64,000 nt of DNA from Hyalangium minutum (lineage in GTDB: Bacteria; Myxococcota; Myxococcia; Myxococcales; Myxococcaceae): the NCBI RefSeq assembly GCF_000737315.1, contig NZ_JMCB01000005.1:186001-250000 (forward strand), given 5' to 3'. The position numbers were made by a program, and so were the translations under genes. Below, piece by piece: positions 29,429 to 39,362 of this stretch. Each line of letters starts with the position of its first letter. Position 1 is the first letter of the stretch. The notes beneath the pieces were generated by a model. The model worked only from the letters and a program-made list of their open reading frames with translations, did no database searches and had not been told where the DNA came from.

Positions 29429-31255
29429 ATGAGAAAGCCGTTGCTGGTATGGGGGGCATTGCTCCTGGGGGCATGTGGGGGCGCCACGGGGAAGCCATCG
29501 TCTGCCCCGCAGACCGTTCTGCAAGAGAAGCCCGCAGGCACTCCCGGTGTGGGCCCGACGCAGCCGCCCGAGGCGGGAGGTCCCGACACAGGGACACCTC
29601 CGCTGGATCCCGGGCCTCCGGATGCAGGCCCTCTGGAGCCGCTGCCCGCGCCGGACGGGGGCACACTGGCGTCGCCTGCCTGGCCAGCGCTGCAGACTTC
29701 GATTCCGACCTTGGCGCTCACCGTCACGCCCGAGCACCTGCAGGCGCTCGAAGCGAACGTGGAGGCTCGGGACTACGGGGTGCCCGCCCAGTTCACCTAC
29801 CAGGGCCGTACGTGGGCGGTGGAGCTGCGCTACCGGGGCCGCTCGACGCGCGCCGAGCCGAAGAAGCCGTACTCGGTGCGCTTCCCCAAGGACGATCGCT
29901 TCCTCAACGGCGTGAAGCGGCTGGAACTGCTCGCGGCATATAAGGATGCGGGCTACTTGACGGAGAAGCTCTGGTACGACGTGGCGGCCAGCGTGGGGTT
30001 GAAGGTGCCGCGCACCCACTACGTGCACCTCTCGCTCAATGGCCAGTACCAGGGCATCTACACGGAGATTGAAGACCTGGAGAAGGCCTTCCTCCGCGCG
30101 CATGACCTGGATGACGACAGCGACATCTACCGCTGCGGCATGCAGGACTGCGAGCTGCGCCCGCCGCCTCGCGAGGCGTATATGGAGGACTGGGACAAGC
30201 GCACCAACGAGGATCAGCCGTGGGATGGGTTGTGGAACTTCATCGACGGCATCAACCGCACGCCTCCCCACGCGTTCCGCGCCTTCGCCGAGAAGGAGGT
30301 GGCGCTGGACGACTACCTCACGTGGATGGTGCTCGACACCTTCATCTCCAATGATTACCAGGTCGACTCGCGCAGCTTCCTCGTCTACGAGCGCGAGCAG
30401 CGGCAGTGGATCTACGTCCCGTGGGACTTGAACAACGCCCTGTCGCTCTACAGCCGCAAGCACGACGTGCGGCAGGGCGTCTCGGATCGCGTCTCTCGGC
30501 CGCTGTTCGGGTTCACCGCGTATGACCCGTACGTGTACGACCTGGCGGAGTGGCGCCGGAGCTGGGGCGAGTTGGACATGAAGCCGGCGTGGAGCACGCT
30601 CACCACGCGCATCCTGGATGATGAGGTGCTGCGTGCCCGCTACGTCGCTCGCCTGAGGATGCTGCTGGACACCTGGCTCACCGAGGAGAACCTGTCCCGG
30701 CGCATCCACGCGATGCACCAGCTGCTGAGGCCCTTCATTCTCCCCAGCGCGCAGGGGCAGACGCTGGACCCCTTCGTGAGCCCGGAGCACGCGGCCCGGA
30801 GCCCCGAGTTCCTCCGCAACTTCGTGCGCGAGCGCCGCAAGTGGCTGCTGGCCCACATCGCCGACATCGAATCCCTGGGCAGCGGGCCGCTCGTCATCGA
30901 CCGCGTGGGACGGGAGGCCTCGGGCGCGTGGTGGGTGCAGCTCTACAACCGCGGGAACACGCCCGTGTCACTCGACGGTCTGTACCTGTCCGGCTTCACC
31001 CGCGTGCCCACGCAGTCGCTCTTGCCTGCCACCACCGTGGCGCCGCAGGGCTTCGTGACGCTGCGGCAGGGGAGCGCGGACGCCGCGGGGCGGCTCAGTG
31101 CGGAGATCAACGCGCAGCGGCCCGAGCTGTCCCTGTTCGCAGCGGATGGGCGCACGCCCGTGGATCTGCTCTGGCTGGCGCCGCTCGCTCCGGGCGAGGC
31201 CTACGGACGGCAGCCTCGCGGCGCGGAGACGTTCGGTCCTCAAGCGGGACCATGA
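29429..31255 (+). CDS. CotH-kinase family lipoprotein with C-terminal lamin-tail-like domain
   Basis: Lipobox LGAC; RYRGRSTR.EPKKPYSVRF, YQGIYTEIE, PWDLN; WVQLYNRGNTPVSLDGLYLS. Confidence 0.85.
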   Translation: MRKPLLVWGALLLGACGGATGKPSSAPQTVLQEKPAGTPGVGPTQPPEAGGPDTGTPPLDPGPPDAGPLEPLPAPDGGTLASPAWPALQTSIPTLALTVTPEHLQALEANVEARDYGVPAQFTYQGRTWAVELRYRGRSTRAEPKKPYSVRFPKDDRFLNGVKRLELLAAYKDAGYLTEKLWYDVAASVGLKVPRTHYVHLSLNGQYQGIYTEIEDLEKAFLRAHDLDDDSDIYRCGMQDCELRPPPREAYMEDWDKRTNEDQPWDGLWNFIDGINRTPPHAFRAFAEKEVALDDYLTWMVLDTFISNDYQVDSRSFLVYEREQRQWIYVPWDLNNALSLYSRKHDVRQGVSDRVSRPLFGFTAYDPYVYDLAEWRRSWGELDMKPAWSTLTTRILDDEVLRARYVARLRMLLDTWLTEENLSRRIHAMHQLLRPFILPSAQGQTLDPFVSPEHAARSPEFLRNFVRERRKWLLAHIADIESLGSGPLVIDRVGREASGAWWVQLYNRGNTPVSLDGLYLSGFTRVPTQSLLPATTVAPQGFVTLRQGSADAAGRLSAEINAQRPELSLFAADGRTPVDLLWLAPLAPGEAYGRQPRGAETFGPQAGP

Positions 31256-31283
31256 GTTGAAACCCTCGCCAGCCCTGGAGGAG

Positions 31284-31323
31284 GCAGTGGCCCGCCGTCT
31301 CGCCCCGGCGGGCCACTGCTTTT
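31284..31323. terminator. 14-bp hairpin (copy 1) between convergent cotH and RCC1 gene 1
   Basis: gcagtggcccgccg-tctcgccc-cggcgggccactgc followed by tttt on the + strand. Confidence 0.7.
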
Positions 31324-31333
31324 GGAGGCGGGC

Positions 31334-33625
31334 TCAGGGCTCCGCGTGGCAGTGGTGCTCGCGGAAACCTTCCGCGGCGCTCAGGTCCTTGAGCTTGCAC
31401 GGCAGCTTCACGCGCACGGGCCGCAGGTGCACGGACAACTCGCCATTGCCGATGTTGCCGAGGCTGTTGCTTCCCCAGGCCATCAGCCTGCCATTCTCGC
31501 GCAGTGCGTACACGGTGAAGGAATCGGCGGCCAGCGCCACCCCGCCGCTCAGCCCCGGCACTTGTGCCAGCTCATACGAGGTGGCCTCCTCGGTGGGGAA
31601 GCCTCGCTCGCTGTAGAGGTTGCTGCCGAAGTTCCAGACCGTGCCGTCGGCGCGGAGGATCTGGATCGAAGAGGCGCTGGCCACCAGGTCCACCGCGCCC
31701 GTGATGGCCTCGAAGGCTTCATCAGGGTACACCGCGAAAAACGGGCTGACGTTCCACTGGCGCGCGGTGCCGTCCGCGCGCAGTGCGATGAGGCCCGTGT
31801 ACATCACGACCACCTTCACCGCGTTGGACAGCCCCGGCGCCGGCTCGGGTGGGCGCGGCATCATGTCGCCGGAGTACCAGGCGAGCATGGTACTGCCCCA
31901 CTGCCACACGGTGCCGTCGCTCGTGATGGCCGCCGAGAAGTCCAGTCCGGCGGCGATGGAGGAGACGCCCTGGAGCCCTTGCACCTGCACGGGCACGGGC
32001 GAGTCGTACAGCTCCAGCGCCACGTTTCCGAGCTGGCCGAAGTAGTTGGCGCCCCAGGCCCAGACGGTGCCGTCACGCTTGAGCGCCAGCGAGTGGAAGT
32101 CCCCCGCGGCCACCGCGACCACGTCGCTCAGGCCCTGCACCTGCACGGGCGTGTCCTGGCCGGCGTCAAACGTCCCCTGGCCCAACTGCCCCCGGAAGTT
32201 ATCGCCCCAGGCCCAGACGGTGCCGTCCTGGAGCGCCACCACCGAGTGGAACGCGCCCGCCGCGATGGCCACGGCGTGCGAGAGCCCCTGCACCCGCTCG
32301 GGGGTTGCGCGGGTGATGAGGGTCCCGTCCGTGATCTCCTGGCCCCACCGCCACACCGAGCCGTCCTGGCGGATCGCCACCGCATGGGCGGAGTTGCTGG
32401 CCATGGCGCGCACGTCCCTCAGGTCCACCCGGGTGGGTGTTGCTTGGCGGTCCGAGCCCGTGCCCATGGCGCCCAGTTGGTTGTGGCCCCAGGTGTACAC
32501 CGAGCCATCCCTGCGCAGCGCCAGGCTGTGGACGGAATCCGCGGCGGCCGCGATCACCCCCTCCAGGCCCGGCACCGGCTCGGGCAGGCCTGTGGGGCTC
32601 TCGGTGCCCCGGCCGAGCTGTCCCGAGTGGTTGGTGCCCCAGGCCCAGAGGCTGCCATCCCGGCGCAGCGCCAGGGCGTGGCTATGCCCTGCCGCCACGG
32701 ACACTACCTGCGTCAGCCCCGGCACCGGCGCGGGCGTGGCCCGGTAGGTGCTCTGGGTCCCATCCCCGAGCTGGCCGGAGAAGTTGGCGCCCCAGGCCCA
32801 GACGGAGCCGTCGGTGCGCACCGCGTACGAGGTGGCGAATCGCGTGTCGATGGCCACCACGTCCGTCAGCCCCGGCACCTGGACGGGCGACAGCCGCTGC
32901 GTCCGCGTCCCATCCCCGAGCTGGCCGTAGCTGTTGGTGCCCCAGGCCCAGACGGTGCCGTCAGCGCGCAGCGCCAGCGAGTGGCTGCTTCCCGCCGCCA
33001 CCGCCACGATCTGGCTGAGCCCTGGGATGGGCGTGGCCAGGAGGCGCCGCGTGGTGGTCCCATCTCCGAGCTGGCCATAGCTGTTGGAGCCCCAGGCCCA
33101 GACGGAGCCATCGCGGCGGGCCGCCAGGGAGTGGGTGTCCCCCGCGACGATCGCCACCACCTCCGTGAGACCCTTCACCTTGACGCGCTCAAACCCGGTG
33201 AGCGTCGTGCCATCCCCGAGCTGGCCCACGTTATTGATCCCCCAGGCCATCACGGTGCCGTCCTCGAGGAGGATCAGCGAGTGCCCGCCCCCAGACGCCG
33301 AGGAGGCCGAGACGGCCTCTGTCATTCTCGGCATCCGGACAGGGAGGCCGGTTCCCAGTTGGATCTCCGGCCACGTGCCGAGATCCCGCCCGAGGCCGTT
33401 ACCCCAGACCCAGACATCCCCGCTCGGGCTCACGGCCACGGAACGATAGCTGTTTGTCGCAAGGAGCCGCCGCGCGGCCCGGTGCTGCCGCTCCGCCAGC
33501 GTGCCCTGCTCCAGCGGCTCTGGCTCCAGTGGCGCCTCGGCTCGGGCGCTCCAGCCCAGCACGAGGCTGAGCCCCAGCATCAACTGCCACAGCAACTCCC
33601 GTTTGAATCTCAGGGTGTGTCTCAT
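31334..33625 (-). CDS. Secreted RCC1/BLIP-II repeat beta-propeller protein (paralog 1)
   Basis: Many HSLAL..DG.VWAWG.N..GQLG repeats; signal ending WSARA; start trimmed to ATG 33625. Confidence 0.9.
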   Translation of the reverse strand: MRHTLRFKRELLWQLMLGLSLVLGWSARAEAPLEPEPLEQGTLAERQHRAARRLLATNSYRSVAVSPSGDVWVWGNGLGRDLGTWPEIQLGTGLPVRMPRMTEAVSASSASGGGHSLILLEDGTVMAWGINNVGQLGDGTTLTGFERVKVKGLTEVVAIVAGDTHSLAARRDGSVWAWGSNSYGQLGDGTTTRRLLATPIPGLSQIVAVAAGSSHSLALRADGTVWAWGTNSYGQLGDGTRTQRLSPVQVPGLTDVVAIDTRFATSYAVRTDGSVWAWGANFSGQLGDGTQSTYRATPAPVPGLTQVVSVAAGHSHALALRRDGSLWAWGTNHSGQLGRGTESPTGLPEPVPGLEGVIAAAADSVHSLALRRDGSVYTWGHNQLGAMGTGSDRQATPTRVDLRDVRAMASNSAHAVAIRQDGSVWRWGQEITDGTLITRATPERVQGLSHAVAIAAGAFHSVVALQDGTVWAWGDNFRGQLGQGTFDAGQDTPVQVQGLSDVVAVAAGDFHSLALKRDGTVWAWGANYFGQLGNVALELYDSPVPVQVQGLQGVSSIAAGLDFSAAITSDGTVWQWGSTMLAWYSGDMMPRPPEPAPGLSNAVKVVVMYTGLIALRADGTARQWNVSPFFAVYPDEAFEAITGAVDLVASASSIQILRADGTVWNFGSNLYSERGFPTEEATSYELAQVPGLSGGVALAADSFTVYALRENGRLMAWGSNSLGNIGNGELSVHLRPVRVKLPCKLKDLSAAEGFREHHCHAEP

Positions 33626-33727
33626 GTGTGAACGGCCTCCGGGTGAAGGGGGACTTGCGGCAACACGCCTCCCGCGCGAGGCGGACGCCTCGGGAGGAAG
33701 GGGTGGAACGGGGTGGGAAGGGGACAG

Positions 33728-33769
33728 GAGGAAGTGGCCCGCCGTCTCGCCACGGCGGGCCACTTCCTC
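33728..33769. terminator. 18-bp perfect hairpin (copy 2) downstream of RCC1 gene 2
   Basis: gaggaagtggcccgccgt-ctcgcc-acggcgggccacttcctc; core nearly identical to copy 1. Confidence 0.7.
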
Positions 33770-33828
33770 GGGTGCTGGCTCGGGCCTCAGCGCGGTGGAG
33801 CGCGAACACCCTCGCCAGTGCTCAGGCC

Positions 33829-36063
33829 CTAGTACCTGCGCGGCAGTAGGACGCGCTCGGGCCGGAGGTGCATGGGCGACGTGCCGTCACCCAGGGTGCC
33901 GTAACGGTTGCTCCCCCAGGCCATCAGCGTGCCGTTCGCGCGCAGCGCGTACACGGTGGCCGACTCAGAGGACAGCGACACCACGTTCCTCAGCCCCGGC
34001 ACCTGTTTCACCTCGAGGGAGTAGAGGTCCGTGGAGGGGAACCCGCGCTCACCGTAGGTATTCCCGCCGATGTTCCACACGGAGCCATCCGCGCGGAGGA
34101 TCTGCGTCGTGTTGGAGCTGGCCACCACATCCACCGCGTCCGTGAGGCCTTCGAGGGCCATCGGGGGGAACACCCAGTCCGGAGGGCCCAGGTACCACTG
34201 CCACACGGTGCCGTCCGTGCTCAGCGCGGTGATGCCGGAGAAGAACACGCTCACCTTGATCACATCGGAGAACCCCTCCACCGGCGCGGCCGGGTGCGGC
34301 AGCATGTCGGTCCAGAACCAGGTGCCCATGTCACTGCCCCACTGCCACACGGTGCCGTCGTTCCTCACCGCCACCGAGAGGTCCATGTGGGCGTGGATGG
34401 ACGCCACGCCGTCCAGCCGCTGCACCTTCGCGGGCTGCGGCTGGTCGTCCAGCGTCAGGTCTCCGAGCTGGCTGTAGTGGTTGGCGCCCCAGGCCCACAC
34501 GGTGCCGTCGCGCTTGAGCGCCAACGAGTGGAACTCGCCCGCGGCCACGGCCACCACGTTCTCCAGGCCCGGCACCCGCGCGGGGGTGTCCCGGCGTCCG
34601 CCCAGCGTGCCGTCCCCGAGCTGGCCGCGGGAGTTGTCACCCCAGGCCCACACGCGGCCGTCCTGGCCCAGCACCAGCGAGTGCCAGGTGCCCGCCGCGA
34701 TGCCCACGGCCCGCGACAGCTCGCGCACCCGGGCGGGCTTGGGCTGAATGCTGCCGCCCCAGCCCTGCTCGCTGCCCCACGTCCACACCGAGCCATCTGC
34801 CCGGAGCGCCAGCGTGTGGAAGAAGGAGGAGGAGAGGGTGCGCACGTCCTTCAGCTCCACCGGCGCGGGCGAGGGCCGGGCGTGGGTGCCCGTGCCCATG
34901 GCGCCCTCGGTGTTGTGCCCCCAGGCGAACACGGAGCCATCCTTGCGCAGCGCCAGCGAGTGGTAGGTGGCTGCGGCCAGCGCCACCGCGTTCAGCCCGC
35001 GCACCGGCTGGGGCAGGCCCGTGCCGCCCTGCTCCCCGTTGCCCAGCTGGCCGAAGGAGTTGTCACCCCAGGCCCACACGCTGCCATCCCGACGCAGCGC
35101 CAGCGCATGCTGGTAGCCCGCCGCCACGGATACCACCTGCGTTAGCCCCGGCACCGGCCCGGGCGTGGCCCGGAAGGAGTCCTCCGAGCCGCCCCCGAGC
35201 TCTCCGGACTGGTTGTTGCCCCAGGCCCACACGGAGCCGTCCGCGCGCACGGCGTACGAGGTGGCGTGGTGCGTCGCGATGGCTACCACGTTCGTCAGCC
35301 CCACCACCGGCACGGGCCGGAGCTGCTGCTGCTGCGTCCCATCCCCCAGCTGGCCAAAGAAGTTATGGCCCCAGGCCCACACGGTGCCGTCGGCGCGCAG
35401 CGCCAGCGAGTGCAGGTTGCCGGCCGCCACGGCCACGAACTGGGTCAGCCCGTCTACCTGCCAGGGCTTGGGGCGCCGGCTGTCATAGCCCCGGCTCCCA
35501 TCCCCAATCTGGCCGTAGTAGTTGCCACCCCACGTCCAGACGGAGCCGTCCCGCAACACGGCCATGGAGTGCATGTTGCCCGCGGAGACACTCACCGCGT
35601 TCGCCAGCCCCGTCACCGCGACGCGCCCGTCCCGGTTGCTCGTCGTGCCGTCTCCAAGCTCGCCATAGGAGTTGCTCCCCCAGGACACCACTCCGCCGTT
35701 CTGCAGCAGGGCCAGCGAGTGGCCGCCCGAGGAGTCCGCGGCGACGGAGACGGCCCCCGTCAGGCCGGGGATCCGCGCCGGCAGTCCGTTGCCGAGCTGT
35801 TGCTCCGGCCACGTGCCCAGCCGCTGCGCCGGGCCCGTGCCCCAGGCCCAGACTTCACCGTCCTCGCTCACCACCAGGCCGTGCTGAGTGGACGCGGCGA
35901 GCCGCTGCCGCGCGGCCCGTTGCTGCCGCTCCAGCCGTGTGCCCTGCGCCAGCTGCTCCGGCTCCAGCAGCGCCTCGGCCCGGGCGCTCCAGCCCAGGAG
36001 GAGGCTGAGCCCCATCATCAGCTTCCACAACGTCTCCAGCGCGAACCACGTCGAGCGTGTCAT
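33829..36063 (-). CDS. Secreted RCC1/BLIP-II repeat beta-propeller protein (paralog 2)
   Basis: Same repeats and signal as paralog 1; start ATG 36063 (the ORF-track extension to 37017 is antisense to pmm). Confidence 0.9.
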   Translation of the reverse strand: MTRSTWFALETLWKLMMGLSLLLGWSARAEALLEPEQLAQGTRLERQQRAARQRLAASTQHGLVVSEDGEVWAWGTGPAQRLGTWPEQQLGNGLPARIPGLTGAVSVAADSSGGHSLALLQNGGVVSWGSNSYGELGDGTTSNRDGRVAVTGLANAVSVSAGNMHSMAVLRDGSVWTWGGNYYGQIGDGSRGYDSRRPKPWQVDGLTQFVAVAAGNLHSLALRADGTVWAWGHNFFGQLGDGTQQQQLRPVPVVGLTNVVAIATHHATSYAVRADGSVWAWGNNQSGELGGGSEDSFRATPGPVPGLTQVVSVAAGYQHALALRRDGSVWAWGDNSFGQLGNGEQGGTGLPQPVRGLNAVALAAATYHSLALRKDGSVFAWGHNTEGAMGTGTHARPSPAPVELKDVRTLSSSFFHTLALRADGSVWTWGSEQGWGGSIQPKPARVRELSRAVGIAAGTWHSLVLGQDGRVWAWGDNSRGQLGDGTLGGRRDTPARVPGLENVVAVAAGEFHSLALKRDGTVWAWGANHYSQLGDLTLDDQPQPAKVQRLDGVASIHAHMDLSVAVRNDGTVWQWGSDMGTWFWTDMLPHPAAPVEGFSDVIKVSVFFSGITALSTDGTVWQWYLGPPDWVFPPMALEGLTDAVDVVASSNTTQILRADGSVWNIGGNTYGERGFPSTDLYSLEVKQVPGLRNVVSLSSESATVYALRANGTLMAWGSNRYGTLGDGTSPMHLRPERVLLPRRY

Positions 36064-36390
36064 GCCCGAAGCCCTTTCTTGCGAGTGGCGGACTTGCGGC
36101 AACACGAAGCCCCTGCGAGACGAGCGCCTCGCTGAGAAACCTTCCGTGACTGCCATGTGCCGTGTGGGCAGCGCACAAAGCAGCCGACGTGCCAGCGGCC
36201 CGGTTCGCGCCGGATTCCCGGATTCCGGTGACTTGGCGGGGGAGCGCACTCCGGGAGTGACAAAACGCTGTGTCACCGGTGACCAAACGCGGCCAGCGGT
36301 GGCGCTTACCCCTCTGCCTCCGCTTGTGTAGAGTCCGCCGCCTTTCGGTAGGGCACCTCTCCCACCTGGGGGGAGGGCAAGGACGCACCT

Positions 36391-37761
36391 GTGAATACCC
36401 ACATCTTCCGCGAGTACGACATTCGGGGCCTGGTCGATAAGGATCTCACCGTCGAGGTGGTGGAGCTGCTCGGCAAGGGCCTGGGCACCATCATCCGCCG
36501 CCAGCACGGGCGCTCCATTGTCGTCGGCCGCGACTGCCGCGAGTCGTCCACCCGCTTCCGCGATGCGCTCGCTCAGGGCCTCACCTCCACCGGCCTCAAC
36601 GTGCTGGATGTGGGCGTGGTGCCTACTCCGCTGACGTACTTCGCGGCGAACACGCTGCCGGTGGACGGGCTGGCGATGATTACGGGCAGCCACAACCCGC
36701 CGGAGTACAACGGGTTCAAGATTGGGGCGGGGAAGACGACCTTCCACAGCCACGAGATTCAGGCGCTGCGGAAGCTCATCGAGGCGCGCGACTTCGAGAA
36801 GAGCGACAAGCCGGGCACCGTCACCCCGTTCGACATCATCACCCCGTACAACCACTTCGTGTTGCAGACGGTCAAAGTGGGGCGCACGGGGATGCGCATC
36901 GTCATTGATGCGGGCAACGGCACGGGCGGCGCGGTGGCGGTGCCGCTGTTCCGGGCCATGGGCTTCGACGTGGTGCCGCTGTTCTGCGAGATGGACGCCA
37001 CGTTCCCCAACCACCACCCGGACCCCACGGTGGTGGAGAACCTCGAGGACCTCATCGAGGCGGTGAAGCGCGAGAAGGCCGAGGTGGGCATCGCCTACGA
37101 CGGCGACAGCGACCGCATCGGCGTCATCGACGACCAGGGGAACATCCTCTGGGGCGACCAGCTGATGGTCCTCTTCAGCCGGTACGTGCTGAAGGAGAGC
37201 CCGGGGGCGGCCATCGTCGGCGAGGTGAAGTGCAGCTACACCTTATATGACGACATCGCCAAGCACGGCGGCAAGCCGGTGATGTGGAAGGCGGGGCACT
37301 CGCTCATCAAGGCGAAGATGAAGGAGACGCACGCGGAGCTGGCCGGGGAGATGAGCGGCCACATCTTCTTCAAGAACCGCTACTTCGGCTTTGATGACGC
37401 GGTGTACTCGTCCGCGCGCCTGCTGGAGATCCTCACGCACGAGCCCAAGAAGCTCAGCGAGCTGCTGTCGGACGTGCCGAAGACGTACGCCTCGCCCGAG
37501 CTGCGCGTGGACACCAAGGAGGAGAAGAAGTTCGAGCTCGTGCGCCGCTGCACGGAGACGCTGCGGGCCGCGGGCCACCAGATCATCGACGTGGACGGCG
37601 TGCGCGTGACGTTCCCGGACGGGTGGGGCCTCATCCGCGCGTCCAACACCCAGCCCATCCTGGTGCTGCGCTTCGAGGCCAACACCCCCGAGCGCCTCAA
37701 GGAGATCCAGCACCTCATCGAGGGCACGGTCGAGCAGATGAAGCGTGAGGTGGGAGGCTAG
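36391..37761 (+). CDS. algC: Phosphomannomutase/phosphoglucomutase
   Basis: FREYDIRG, TGSHNP, DGDSDR, GEMSGH, RASNTQP. Confidence 0.95.
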   Translation: MNTHIFREYDIRGLVDKDLTVEVVELLGKGLGTIIRRQHGRSIVVGRDCRESSTRFRDALAQGLTSTGLNVLDVGVVPTPLTYFAANTLPVDGLAMITGSHNPPEYNGFKIGAGKTTFHSHEIQALRKLIEARDFEKSDKPGTVTPFDIITPYNHFVLQTVKVGRTGMRIVIDAGNGTGGAVAVPLFRAMGFDVVPLFCEMDATFPNHHPDPTVVENLEDLIEAVKREKAEVGIAYDGDSDRIGVIDDQGNILWGDQLMVLFSRYVLKESPGAAIVGEVKCSYTLYDDIAKHGGKPVMWKAGHSLIKAKMKETHAELAGEMSGHIFFKNRYFGFDDAVYSSARLLEILTHEPKKLSELLSDVPKTYASPELRVDTKEEKKFELVRRCTETLRAAGHQIIDVDGVRVTFPDGWGLIRASNTQPILVLRFEANTPERLKEIQHLIEGTVEQMKREVGG

Positions 37762-37763
37762 TC

Positions 37764-38315
37764 ATGAGCGCGCCCCGGATCATCGCCATCTCCGGTAGCC
37801 TCCGCACCGGCTCCTTCAACCGCAAGCTGCTGGCGCTGCTGGTGGAGCAGGCCCGCGCGAAGGGCGCCGAGGTGGATGTGGTGGACCTCAAGGTGCTGGT
37901 GCTGCCCATCTATGACGGAGACATCGAGGCCCAGGGCTTGCCGCCCCCTGCGGTGGAGCTGCGCGAGCGCATCTCCAAGGCCCAGGGGCTGCTCATCTCC
38001 AGCCCGGAGTACAACGCCTCCATCCCTGGGAGCCTGAAGAACGCCATCGACTGGGCGTCGCGTGGCGGGCCCAACGTGTTCAAGGGCAAGTGGGCGGCGC
38101 TTGCGGGGGCCTCGCCTGGCATGTTCGGGACGGTGCGGATGCAGGCCCACCTGCGCCAGTCGCTGACGCACTTGGGCATGAACCTGCTGCCGGACCAGTT
38201 CCTCGTCTCCCACGCCGACCAGGCCTTCACCGAGGAAGGCCGGCTCAAGGACGAGTCCCGGCTCAAGAGCCTCGAGGGGCTCGTCACCGGATTGATTGCC
38301 CGCATCCAGGGCTGA
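37764..38315 (+). CDS. NADPH-dependent FMN reductase (ChrR/SsuE-like)
   Basis: GSLRTGSFN, PEYNASIPGSLKNAIDWASR. Confidence 0.92.
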   Translation: MSAPRIIAISGSLRTGSFNRKLLALLVEQARAKGAEVDVVDLKVLVLPIYDGDIEAQGLPPPAVELRERISKAQGLLISSPEYNASIPGSLKNAIDWASRGGPNVFKGKWAALAGASPGMFGTVRMQAHLRQSLTHLGMNLLPDQFLVSHADQAFTEEGRLKDESRLKSLEGLVTGLIARIQG

Positions 38316-38375
38316 GGTGTAAGGGGCGCCCGCCGCCCATGTCTCCTATATATATAAGGAGCAGAGGAGAGCCTG

Positions 38376-39311
38376 ATGCCGACGCTGGGAATCGATCTGG
38401 GAGGGACCAACGCTCGCGCCGCCGTGGTGGACGAGAAGGGGAACATCCTCACCTCGTCGAAGCTGTCCCTCACCGAGCGCAGCCCTGCAGCCGTGGTGGA
38501 GGTCATCGCTCAGGCCGCCGCCGGGGCCCTGGCCGCCGCGGGAGGGTTAGAGGTGCGAGGCTGTGGAGTGGGGGCTGCCGGGCAGATCCACCGGGACTCG
38601 GGGATCATCGCCGTGGCGCCCAACCTGGGCTGGCGCAACGTACCGCTGGGGGCCATGTTGACGGAGCGGCTCGGGCGGCCGGCGCGCATCGTGAATGACT
38701 TGGCGGCCGCCGCGTATGGCGAGCTGCACGCGGGCGCGGGCCGGGGCGCCACGGATGTGTACACGGTCTTCGTGGGCTCGGGCGTGGGCAGCTGCATCAT
38801 CGCCAACGGCCAGCTGGTGCGCGGCGGTGGCGGCGTGGCTGGCGAGCTGGGCCATACCAAGGTGATTCCCGGGGGCCGGCGGTGCGGCTGTGGCGAGCTG
38901 GGGTGCCTGGAGGCCTACGCGGGCGGGCACAACCTCATCGCCCAGGCGCGCGAGCTGATGGTGGCCGGGCGCTCCACGGTGCTGTCGGACCTGACGGGGG
39001 GCGAGCCCTCGCACCTCACGCCGTTGACCCTCGAGAAGGCGGCGGAGGCGGGGGATCCGGGCGCTCGGGAGATCCACGAGCGGGCCGGGCAGATGCTGGG
39101 CATCGCCATTGCCAACATGGTGACGGTGCTGAACCCGGCGCGGCTGATTCTGGGCGGCGGGGTGCTGATGAACTGCCCGGGCATCCGCCGCTACGTGGTG
39201 GAGGCGGTGCAGACGCTGTCCTCCAACAGCTCCCGCGAGGGGCTGCTCATCGCCGAGGCGGAGTTGGGCGACGACAGTGGTCTCATTGGAGCGGCGATGC
39301 TGGCAGCCTGA
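38376..39311 (+). CDS. ROK family sugar kinase (probable glucokinase)
   Basis: GIDLGGT, GELGH, CGCGELGCLEAY; no N-terminal HTH. Confidence 0.92.
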   Translation: MPTLGIDLGGTNARAAVVDEKGNILTSSKLSLTERSPAAVVEVIAQAAAGALAAAGGLEVRGCGVGAAGQIHRDSGIIAVAPNLGWRNVPLGAMLTERLGRPARIVNDLAAAAYGELHAGAGRGATDVYTVFVGSGVGSCIIANGQLVRGGGGVAGELGHTKVIPGGRRCGCGELGCLEAYAGGHNLIAQARELMVAGRSTVLSDLTGGEPSHLTPLTLEKAAEAGDPGAREIHERAGQMLGIAIANMVTVLNPARLILGGGVLMNCPGIRRYVVEAVQTLSSNSSREGLLIAEAELGDDSGLIGAAMLAA

Positions 39312-39362
39312 CCTGCTACGCTGGGCGGAGCGTTGTTCCTCCGCCCCGTAGCGAGGTCATTC

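Noticed and set aside
31334-36063. CRISPR or DNA tandem-repeat array suggested by recurring cccaggcccagacggtgccgtc-type strings
   Set aside because: These are codons of RCC1 protein repeats (DGTVWAWG), not repeat-spacer units
36064-37017. N-terminal 318-aa extension of RCC1 paralog 2 in the ORF track
   Set aside because: Overlaps pmm/pgm antisense; paralog 1 alignment, signal peptide and shared upstream motif place the start at 36063
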